A stretch of DNA of 63,982 bases, counting the filler, from Guillardia theta CCMP2712 (Eukaryota > Protista > Cryptophyta): NCBI RefSeq assembly GCF_000315625.1. It is 6 parts of 6 records of this genome, joined end to end, with 100 filler letters (N's around TTAATTAATTAA, not from the genome) between each part and the next. Parts side by side here need not be neighbours in the genome. Positions count along the whole stretch, not along the records: positions 1 to 21,001 come from NW_005434445.1; positions 21,102 to 37,835 come from NW_005434636.1; 4 more parts are not named here. One strand, given 5' to 3'. The translations under genes and the position numbers were made by a program. The notes below the pieces were generated by a model. It was given only the letters and a program-made list of their open reading frames with translations. It was not told the DNA's origin and made no database searches. Below, in pieces: positions 12,417-22,283 of the stretch (position 1 is the first letter of the stretch; every line of letters begins with the position of its first letter).

Positions 12417-13006
12417 ATGGCAACGCAGCATCCTGCCGCTACAGGGCCAACCGTCCTCGTCCAAGCTCGCCCCCGTGACTCCGAGCGCCGCGATCATGTT
12501 CGCCTCGACCTCGCAACAGTCTCTTCCCTCTATCACCTCAGGCAGATCGAAGCTGCTCAGTTCTTGGTAAGCCTTTGGTTTCCTCATAATGTTTGCGAGA
12601 TGATATGGGATTTGGGCTGACGGGGAGGCGGCAGGGCATCTCGCTGACGTCACTCAAGAGCGCATGCCGGAGACTAGGTGTAGAGCGATGGCCTTACCGG
12701 AGGGAGACAGCACAGGAAGCTGTAGAAGTTGTACCGGACAGAGACGATGGAGTAGGTCCAGCCTTCGAGGATGCTGGGGGGGTTGGACTGGAACCGCAGG
12801 AAGAAGGCGAAAATGGGGTGGAGGAAGGGAGCGAGATGGAAGGAGGATGGCTTGAGTGGTACATGTCTTTTCCCCTGGGAGGAACTGACGATGATAATGT
12901 TGAGAATAGCGGGCAGCAGATCTCTCTAGGAGCAAACCTGCACAGGAGCCAAGAAAGCCAGGGGGGAGAAGGGGAGGCATGTGTGATGGGAGCCATTCAT
13001 CTATAG
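12417..13006 (+). CDS. RWP-RK domain transcription factor (2 exons; intron 12567-12634)
   Basis: The spliced peptide LDLATVSSLYHLRQIEAAQFL|GISLTSLKSACRRLGVERWPYRR is a canonical RWP-RK domain. The intron is GT-AG and phase 0. The C-terminus is acidic. Confidence 0.88.
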
Positions 13007-13483
13007 GTAGCGATCTGCCAAAGAGGCAATGGTCTGATAATGATGAATACTTCTGTCTGTCTATACGGCTGTTATAAAGACGCGCAGTTGAGCACTTGTC
13101 CTGTTGACTTGATGTGTGATAGCTTGTCCGATTTGTGCGACCGGACTCGATCATGAGTTCGAATGCATTACAGTCCGTCTCAATCAAATTTTGTAGATGC
13201 TTCCTTCCTTGTTACAAGAGATCTGTGCAAGATCTGAGTTCTAGCGCGATGATGCAAACGCGCAATCCAAGGTTCTGTGCTGCTTCCGGGGCAAAACCTA
13301 ACAATTGTCATCGGCTGATCTGAAGCCGGTAAACCTGACAGTGTGATCGAAGTGAAGAATCTAAACAACGCAGTCAATGGGTAAAAATTCGTTGTTGCCT
13401 TTGGATGCAATTTAATAACATGTTACCGATCTAGTTTGAAAACTCGACTGCGTCTACCGTTTTGCGATGGATGCCCGGCCACG

Positions 13484-13626
13484 GTGTTGCCCCATTGCAG
13501 CTGAGGAACTTACTAGTTAGGATGGGGCCGGGCAGCTGCTGCAGTCTGTTACGTTGGAATCAACGGATGTGTTGCCCCATTGCAGCTGAGGAACGGAGTT
13601 AGGAAGGAGCAGCTGCCGCAGCTGCT
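13484..13626. repeat. Two-copy imperfect direct repeat, period ~85 nt
   Basis: gtgttgccccattgcagctgaggaac occurs at ~13484 and ~13569, each followed by agttagga...gcagctgc. Confidence 0.8.
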
Positions 13627-13849
13627 CATGTCCCTGACTGAAACACGCTCACGCTCCTCGAGCGACATCTCTCGCCCTGCCTCAAGGATATGAAAAGACT
13701 CATGTTCGTTGCTGGGGGAATGGCCCCCTTAATTTGCTTCTCTTTGCAGAGGCCCAAGTTGACCTCAGTGTCTCAGATAATTGCCGACTAGTCACTTTGC
13801 TGACAGTCATACCGTGACCTTCACACAGTGTGACAGGCTCCGAGAATAC

Positions 13850-14630
13850 CGTGACACTCGGATCCGGGACCTTCTCATCATGGCAGCCTGTGACCGGACT
13901 CGGTCCCGGCCGGCGGCCGGGCCGGGCCGGGCCCGGGGGCCCGGCCGCCCGGGCTGCCACTGACCGGCGTCGGACGGCCCGGTTGGACTCCGTGACTCGG
14001 GGGCCCGGGCGCGGCCCGGGGCGACCGTAACTTGGCTTTAATGGTCCGATCCCGAGTCCGATCGGCGAGTCGGACGACGGTGGACTCGACCCCGGCCCGG
14101 TCACGCCGCCGGGTCAGTCAGTGGGGCCACCCGCTGGTGGCCGAGCCTGTGACTGGCCCGGCGGCCCGTCACGGACCGGCCGCCGCCGGCCGCGGCCGCG
14201 CCGCCCGGGATCATGGCATATCATATCATAGCCCGGCTAGTAGTATGCCGCAGAAGGATTGCGACCCCGGGCCGGTACAACTGAGTAAGCCAGGCTCTGG
14301 TATCATGGTCATGTCACTGGCACGGGCCGCCGGGCCGGGCCCGGCCTCCGGGCCTGGCCGCGCCGGGCGCGCCGCCGGGGCTGGGCCAGCCTGATCGGAC
14401 GGTTCCGACCGTGACTGAGTCATCAGTGCCACCGTTGCACAGACGGCCGTGCCGGGCAGCCGGCTCCGCCCGGCCCGGCAGACTACGCCCGGTCTTATCC
14501 AACATTCGGGCGTTTCAACTTCAGTTGAAAGTGGCTCACAGCCCGGCCGGGCTAGCCTTTAGACTCAGACGGCGGAGACTGCCGGATACTGAGTTCCGAC
14601 TTGTGCAGTAACACAGGGATGGGCCGCGCT
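13850..14630. other. GC-rich non-coding island dense in CCGG/GGCC palindromes and TGAC/GACTC/GAGTC motifs
   Basis: Runs such as ccggcggccgggccgggccgggcccgggggccggcc are interspersed with gtgactcg, gtgactgagtca and ctgagt. Only low-complexity Arg/Pro/Gly/Ala ORFs overlap it. Confidence 0.7.
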
Positions 14631-14842
14631 TCTTCATCCGATTATAGTTGTATAAACACACAGGGACAGCAAACATCCCTACGCCCGTCCCGGCAGAGTC
14701 CCTTCGAAAGTTCCATCATAGTACCATTAACCAATCTAAGAGTCCGACCTCCTGGCGCTTGCAGGTTGTACAAAGCAACCTGAGCGCGCTCACACCATCT
14801 AACATCCTCACGTGACGCTGCACTTAGTCTTGCGGCTTTTGG

Positions 14843-15850
14843 CTACTTTCGTATAAAGTGATGGCCAACGAAGACTTTCCTCCCGAATGGAGTGTCACCT
14901 TGAAACAGGATTACATAGCTGCAAAATCTGACAATCTCACTCACCAGCTCCGCTGCCTTTGCCGGTGATTTCTGAAATCGGAATCCTGTATGCTCCCTCG
15001 AGAGACAGAGCCGGAAATCTTCCATGCTCAGTGGTGTTGCTAATCGCAGATTAAGAGAATGTCCTGCAAGAAGTAAGCTGCCTGTTTGACCTACTGACAC
15101 TCTCACCAGGAGGCAGGTCTTGTACAGAATCAACATCGGAAATGTCAAGCCTGAAAAACCGCCTATCCAAAATTCAGACAGCACTGCGAGATCATGTCGA
15201 GATTCAACCTCCCAGTCTCATGCAACTTGACTCCTTGCGGACCATAAGCCCCTGAATGGAACTCGATGGGGGCCAATCGGTAAAGTCTGTGTGCACTTGA
15301 GTCAGACACTCGAACAGGAAGCAAGGAAGAGTGGGTGCCTGTCTCTGAAGTCCATCCCAGTCTCCTCATACAGCTCTCGGGCAGCAGCAATCCTAAGTAA
15401 CGAGTCATGAGCTAAGGCAGCGAGCGATGCTTCATCTTGTGCGCTCGCTGAGTACAGGCTAACATGCAGCACTGAACATGATTGACAAGCACACTCCTCT
15501 GTTAGCCATGTGTCCAAACCAGAAGAGCCATGTCAAAGGCCCTGTGGCTCTACTAATGGCTTGAAGCATCCACCAGCAAGCAAGCAAGCAAGCAAGCACC
15601 ATCGTCACACCTGGATCCTTCATCGATGCCATACTGAGAAATTTCATGAGCATCCACATGACCCCCTGGCAGTTGGAAGTGTCGGCCTCCCTTACGCTTT
15701 TTGTTTGCCTCCAGTAGCAGGTAGCCATACTCGGAATGCTTTTGGGAAGTCAGAAGGAAGAAAAGCAACCCCATTACCAACCTTTGCAATGACAAATGCC
15801 CGGTATCCACTATCCCCCACCACCTTGATGAAATCGTGACCAACAACCTC
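14843..15850 (-). CDS. Nudix hydrolase (multi-exon; 5' end may extend toward ~16500)
   Basis: Exons give YRAFVIAK|HSEYGYLLLEANKKRKGGRHFQLPGGHVDAHE...|IAAARELYEETGMDF, a Nudix box with a lengthened spacer. C-terminal LCLSREHTGFRF. Confidence 0.8.
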
Positions 15851-17573
15851 TTAAGATCAAGACCTCACTCGGATCATCGCATCTGTTGACGGGGGTCTCT
15901 CGGGTGTTCCACTCTCATGCAACAAGCTTTCGTCCGTTTCGGACCTGTTTCGAGTGATCAACATTACAACCAACACGAAAATTCAATGGCATCGCTCACT
16001 TGTTTGCTTGAAAGCATTTGCAGCAGTTCCCCATTCCTGTCACGGTCAGTAAGTCTTAAAATGCTTCTTCTCCGCTTTTTACACTACCTTCCGACCAGCC
16101 TTGATGATTTGAACCCCGCAAGATCAATCAACCTTGGCAAAAGCTCTTGTTCTACAGGCAAATATCCTCAGCCTGGCTGGAATCATCAGTTAGAATCCTC
16201 GATTCTGATGTGCACCACTACTAGACTATTCAGCTGGGAGACTCAATCGAAGCCACGCAAGGCAGCTAGGATCACCAAGTTGAATTTAACTCACCCAATC
16301 CTAGCCCCATTTCCCCCCCCTCCCCCCCCTCCTGTTTCTTGTTGCCTCTTCCTTCGCATCTCAAATCGTTCTTTAACACTAAAACACCATGTCTCCTCTC
16401 TCCTCGCCAAGCGCTCCATCGATGCAATTATTTCATCTCTTCTCGATTTCCTTGCTCTCTCGCGCAGTCAAGCGCTTCCGATCCTTACCTCTCTCTCGCC
16501 CTGCTCTGCCCCTCCCTCTACTTCCAGCCTCCTCTGTCGACATCATGCAACCATTTCCCTCCTCCCCCCCCCTCCCCCCCCTCCCCCCCCCCCTCCCCCC
16601 CTCCCCCCCCAAAAATGTTCTCCCTTTCCTTCCCCTCCCTCTCTGCTTCTAGCGCATTTCCGCGGCCAAACTTTTCCCATTGCCTGTACGCTACCTACCC
16701 CCACCACCGTTCTCCACCTTTCGAATCCTGTTCATAACCCCTCATAAATGACCCCACCCTCAAAAAGCTTTTCAGTTTTGACCCCCCACCCCGTCTTTCT
16801 ATGCTGACCACCGTCTCAGACCAATATTCTGGTACTAGGGGTCCCCAAATTTTGGGAACAATTACCCACCCCATTCCCTATGGAAGTACCCCACACTTTT
16901 TTTTTTATACGCCTCCTTGACTACCCTCGTTCGTTCCACCCCTGCCCCCACCCTTTCGCCCCACCCCCCATCCCCACCCTTCTATCCCCAATCCAAAGAC
17001 CTACCCCACCCCTTGGTTTAAAGGGCGATGAGGGCTGAAGAAAGTACCCCTTACCTTCAGTACCCCTCATCGTTGCCTACCCCCACCCTCTTGAAGATAC
17101 CACCCTACCACCACAAATATCTCAATTGTACTAGTTTCACCTCCACACGAACCCTCTTCAGTCCACTACCGGGTCAACCCTCTACCCCACCCACCCTCAC
17201 GGACCCGTAAATAGCTTTGGAAATGGGGGTACAAGCTCTGGGGCAGGCCTGTTTATTCTGGAAGCGCCGCAACTTCGACTGCTGGCACTGCCGCTCCGGC
17301 GGCCCCGCGGGCGGGCCCGTCGCCGATGGTCCGGAACTTGACTCATTCAATGTGAAGGCCGCTCGCTGAGTCGGATCAGTGGCGGCGCACTGCGGCGCAC
17401 TGGCGAGTCATTCAACATCTGAAAGCCGGAAGGGGGGTGGGGGGTCGGCTCACGCTCAGCCCGCATGCTGGCCGCCGGCGACCCGGACTCTCGGACGTCA
17501 CTCACAGCGGCGGCTCGCCGGAGTCGGGACACGGCATCCGATCCGAGGCACCGTGTGAGGACTCCGGGCCGTA

Positions 17574-17842
17574 GCTCAAAGTCTCAAAGTCTCAAAGTCC
17601 CAAAGTCTCAAAGTCTCAAAGTCCCAAACGGTCTCAAAGTCTCAACGTCTCAAAGTCTCAAAGTCTCAACGTCTCAAAGTCTCAAAGTCTCAAAGTCCCA
17701 AAGTCTCAAAGTCTCAAAGTCTCAACGTCTCAAAGTCTCAAAGTCTCAACGTCTCAACGTCTCAAAGTCTCAAAGTCTCAAAGTCTCAAAGACGGTCTCA
17801 AAGTCTCAAAGTCTCAAAGTCTCAAAGTCTCAAAGTCTCAAG
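17574..17842. repeat. Octamer tandem satellite (GTCTCAAA)n with GTCCCAAA/GTCTCAAC variants
   Basis: Roughly 30+ units are directly visible. Confidence 0.95.
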
Positions 17843-18752
17843 TTTGGGGTATGCTCCCTTCTGGAAGGGATCAAAAAATCTTTCCTCCCCCTCCACCCCA
17901 CCCCCCTTTATCTGTTTCAATCAAGGTCGATTGAGGGGGTACACTGTTCTCCAAGTTCCCACTGAGAAATATCCGGTAGAGGTTGCCATGGTATCGTCAG
18001 CATCCACATTTTATATTGACGAAATGTCTCCGCAATAAAATTTCAATAAATATCAAAGGATTCCTCATTAAAATATTGCCTTTTGCAAAGAGCCTTGCTG
18101 TAAACTTCGGTTTAGTTTACTCCATTTTGTGAAAAGTGTGCAGGGCGGTGACCCCCTTCGGGAAATGCAACTGATGAGATACAAGGAGCGATCCCCCACT
18201 CTAGGACGAGGGGAGGTAGTGAAGGAGCAAACAAGTGCGAACAGAGCAGAGAGAAGAGGAACAGAGAGAAGAGGAACAGAGAGAAGAGGAACAGAGGAGC
18301 AGAGAGGTCAAGAGCAGAGAGAGGAGGAGCAGAGAGGAGGAGAGCAGGGAGCGCACTGAGAGCAGATAATTTAGAGAATGATCAGATTCAAGTTAAGAAA
18401 AGTACCGCATTGAGGTACATATCCGATGAGAATCAGAACAATTCCACTTCTGTCTCAAGAAGCTCCAAATGAACCTGTATGAGGATGACAAGACACCCTA
18501 GGAAGTAAAATGTAACGGAAAAGGCACTTTTGCTGAAGTTGTCAAGGAGAATGACAATCATCTCCCATGTGGAGCGGCGAAAGTTGAACTCATGTCATCA
18601 GTGGCTTGTTTGCGATGAGAAAGAAATGTCTGTTTTGTGCTCGAGGGTTTGCAGGAGGAAGGGCAAGTTGTGTTAGAAATGAAACAGGGTAGGAGAGTAA
18701 CAGGGAAGGCAAAGGAGCGTTGTGGTTGAAGTTGACAACTTTCTTCCCTCAG

Positions 18753-20793
18753 ATGGTCCTCGAAGACAGGTCCTACTCCACGCGTGCTGAAGACATCATC
18801 AATGCCGTCCAGGCTGTTGATGATGACCTGTCGAAGCTGGCTCTCGACGAGCTCCCAGACGACCAGGATGAGGAGGTGGAGGAGACTGAGACTGAGACTG
18901 AGACTGAAGTTGGAGGGAAGAAGCAACGAAGCTGGCTCGGGAGAGTGGGGAAAGGGATCTACAGGAGGAGTGTGAACCTCGGGAAAGCGGCGGGGATTTA
19001 TCGGACAAGAGGCAGACGAGGAGGTGAAGGAGCTACAGGCGATGATCCAGTCATGCCGCTCGCCGCTGGCGTANNNNNNNNNNNNNNNNNNNNNNNNNNN
19101 NNNNNNNNNNNNNNNNNNNNNNNNNNNNNNNNNNNNNNNNNNNNNNNNNNNNNNNNNNNNNNNNNNNNNNNNNNNNNNNNNNNNNNNNNNNNNNNNNNNN
19201 NNNNNNNNNNNNNNNNNNNNNNNNNNNNNNNNNNNNNNNNNNNNNNNNNNNNNNNNNNNNNNNNNNNNNNNNNNNNNNNNNNNNNNNNNNNNNNNNNNNN
19301 NNNNNNNNNNNNNNNNNNNNNNNNNNNNNNNNNNNNNNNNNNNNNNNNNNNNNNNNNNNNNNNNNNNNNNNNNNNNNNNNNNNNNNNNNNNNNNNNNNNN
19401 NNNNNNNNNNNNNNNNNNNNNNNNNNNNNNNNNNNNNNNNNNNNNNNNNNNNNNNNNNNNNNNNNNNNNNNNNNNNNNNNNNNNNNNNNNNNNNNNNNNN
19501 NNNNNNNNNNNNNNNNNNNNNNNNNNNNNNNNNNNNNNNNNNNNNNNNNNNNNNNNNNNNNNNNNNNNNNNNNNNNNNNNNNNNNNNNNNNNNNNNNNNN
19601 NNNNNNNNNNNNNNNNNNNNNNNNNNNNNNNNNNNNNNNNNNNNNNNNNNNNNNNNNNNNNNNNNNNNNNNNNNNNNNNNNNNNNNNNNNNNNNNNNNNN
19701 NNNNNNNNNNNNNNNNNNNNNNNNNNNNNNNNNNNNNNNNNNNNNNNNNNNNNNNNNNNNNNNNNNNNNNNNNNNNNNNNNNNNNNNNNNNNNNNNNNNN
19801 NNNNNNNNNNNNNNNNNNNNNNNNNNNNNNNNNNNNNNNNNNNNNNNNNNNNNNNNNNNNNNNNNNNNNNNNNNNNNNNNNNNNNNNNNNNNNNNNNNNN
19901 NNNNNNNNNNNNNNNNNNNNNNNNNNNNNNNNNNNNNNNNNNNNNNNNNNNNNNNNNNNNNNNNNNGGGAGGGGAGGGGAGGGGAGGGGAGGGGAGGGGA
20001 GGGGAAGGGGAAGGGGAGGATGAGGGGAGGGGAGGGGAGAGGGATCTAGGAAGCAAGTGGTTGAGGACGGTGGAATGCTGGCTCCTGACGTTGCTTCTGC
20101 TAGAATGAACCTTCCCAGCCATGGTTTGCGGGAGGTCTCGTTCAAGGACGGGACGACGATCGAGATCGGATTTCCTGACAACCGCATCAACAATCTCTTC
20201 TGGGGGGACATGCACCATGAAGTTCTTGGCTCTCAGCTCTTCGTCGATGCTCGCAACGGCCTGCGGGCGAGGTTGCAGTTCAGCCCGCCGGGGAGGAAGG
20301 GACTCCCCTCGGACTACTTCGAGGGCGTCATCGAGCGGTTCGACCCGGCCAAGCCCCGAGGAGGAGGGGCAGGTGGTGTCGACGATCGAGGGGTCGTGGG
20401 TTGGCTTCTGCGACTTTGACAAGGTGAGAGGAGTGGGTGTGAGGAGGAGAGGGGGGGAGGGGGCGGGGGGGGGAGGAGGGAGGATGGATGGCGAGGGGTT
20501 GGGGGGGATGGGGGACTAGGAGGGGAGAGGAGCAGAAGCGGAGGGGCGGGGAGAGGAAGGGAAGTGTGATGGAGAGAGGGCAGTAACGTGAGGAGCAGGT
20601 GAGGTATTGGGACTTCCGTACCTTCAGCAAGGCTACTTCCTCCTCACCTCCTGCTCTCCTCCCGTCGGACTCTCGGCTCCGCCCTGACCGCAATGCGCTC
20701 GTGGAGAAGAATATCAAGCTGGCGCAGGCCGAGAAGCTCCGGCTGGAGGAGGAGCAGCGGCAGCAGAGGAAGCTGCGTGAGCAGAAGAAGTGA
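18753..20793 (+). CDS. Oxysterol-binding protein-related (ORP) protein; middle lost in gap 19074-19966
   Basis: INNLFWGDMHHEVLG, SDYFEGVI, VSTIEGSWVG, and the OSBP C-terminal signature LPSDSRLRPDRNAL...AQAEKLRLEEEQR...R ending at 20793. Joining to the acidic exon at 18753 is assumed. Confidence 0.8.
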
Positions 20794-21101
20794 AGTAGTC
20801 GGAGGAGGAGGAACCAAACTTGTGTGATAATATTATATGTTCGCTCGCTGTAGAATGTCTCTATAGAGTCTCATGCTCTCGCTAGCCTGCAAACGAACTT
20901 GCCGCAAGGACGCACGGGCGGCCTCGAGCGGGGAGGCGGAGGAGGAGGAGACGTCGTGGTAGCAACCGGGGAAGGAGGTAGACTCGTCGATCTGTAGCGA
21001 GNNNNNNNNNNNNNNNNNNNNNNNNNNNNNNNNNNNNNNNNNNNNTTAATTAATTAANNNNNNNNNNNNNNNNNNNNNNNNNNNNNNNNNNNNNNNNNNN
21101 N

Positions 21102-21120
21102 TCTCCTGCTCCTGCTCCTA

Positions 21121-21155
<35 letters not shown>

Positions 21156-21291
21156 ACTCCTCCTGCTCCTACTCCTACTCCTGCTCCTACTCCTGCTCCT
21201 GCTCCTGCTCCTACTCCTACTCCTGCTCCTACTCCTGCTCCTGCTCCTGCTCCTGCTCCTACTCCTACTCCTGCTCCTACTCCTACTCCTA

Positions 21292-21324
<33 letters not shown>
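21102..21324. repeat. (CTCCTG/CTCCTA)n hexamer microsatellite
   Basis: Directly visible beside an assembly gap. Confidence 0.9.
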
Positions 21325-21325
<1 letters not shown>

Positions 21326-21501
21326 GTCTTCTTCATCCTCATCCTTTTTCTTCTCCCCCCTCTCCTTCTCTCTTTATCCGCCTTTTCGCCTCTTTCTTTC
21401 CCCTGTACTCTTTGTCTGTCTGCTATCCACCCCTTTTCCACATACTGTCTCCTCCTCCTTCTCTCCTCTCCTCCTCCTCCCTCTTCTCATCTTCTGCGCC
21501 A

Positions 21502-22192
21502 GAACTCGCCGAAAGACGAGATCTTCAACGACGTTCAGCTTCACAACTCCATTATGAAGTCATTGCAGGTCTGTTCCTCCCTCAAACCCCACACTACACC
21601 ACACCACACCCTAACAATCTACACAATGATACTTTCTCCTGCCTCCTGCCTCCTGCCTCCTGCCTCCTGCCTCCTCCGGTCTCCTACTTCTCCGCCTCTT
21701 GCCTCCTCCTCCTCGTCATCTTTACTCTCGTCTTGCTCTTGCGTGCGCTTGTTCTTGTCCCCTTGCTCTTCACTTATCTCTTGATGTTTGTAGGAGCTCA
21801 TGCGGCAACAAGAAGCGCTCAACAATGAAGTTCTGCTCCTCCGCTCCAAGGCAAGCACCTTGTCCTCCTCCCTCTCTTCTCTCCCTCCCCCCCTCCCTCT
21901 CTTCTCTTCCTCCTCTCCCTCGTCTCCCACCCTTGTCCCTCCCTCCACCTCTCCCCCCGCTGACGGTGCTGCAGTACGAAGACAAACAGAAGACGACTTA
22001 TCATACTGTCGAGCACAAGCGGGTGAGAAGAAGGGGAGGGAGGGAGGGAGGGAGGGAGGGAGGGGAGGCAGAGGAGGTGGTAGTAGTAGAGGAGGATAGA
22101 GGAGTGTTGACGGGAATGAGCAGGAGGAGCATATGGCAAGCGTGCAGCACGATGCGACTGAGTATGCGCGACAACTGAATGCAGAGATCAAG
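21502..22192 (+). CDS. Micro-exons of a coiled-coil hypothetical protein (fragment)
   Basis: Short coding-like segments ([22 protein letters not shown]; [19 protein letters not shown]; [15 protein letters not shown]; [22 protein letters not shown]) are separated by low-complexity introns. Confidence 0.4.
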
Positions 22193-22283
22193 GTGAGGAG
22201 AAGAAGGGAGGAGAGGAGGGAGAGGGGGGAGGGGGAGGGGGAGGAAGGTGGGAGAGGGGGGGGATCGGGAGGAGGTTTAATGG

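Noticed and set aside
12417-13006. RWP-RK gene as a MID-like mating-type determinant near a meiotic gene
   Set aside because: No MID-specific features are visible, the family is commonly expanded in algae, and proximity alone is not evidence.
13700-14611. Arg/Pro/Gly/Ala-rich ORFs in the GC island
   Set aside because: They are open in several frames because high GC depletes stop codons, and there is no coding signature.
15917-16747. 276-aa plus-strand ORF
   Set aside because: Low-complexity poly-Pro with no domain; probably antisense to the upstream part of the Nudix gene.
17465-17965. ORF with SQSLKVSK repeats
   Set aside because: It is simply the translation of the octamer satellite.
21046-21057. 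TTAATTAATTAA centred in N-runs (also ~37879, 45059, 53186, 61831)
   Set aside because: It is identical in every gap and puts stops in all frames, so it is an assembly spacer and not biological.
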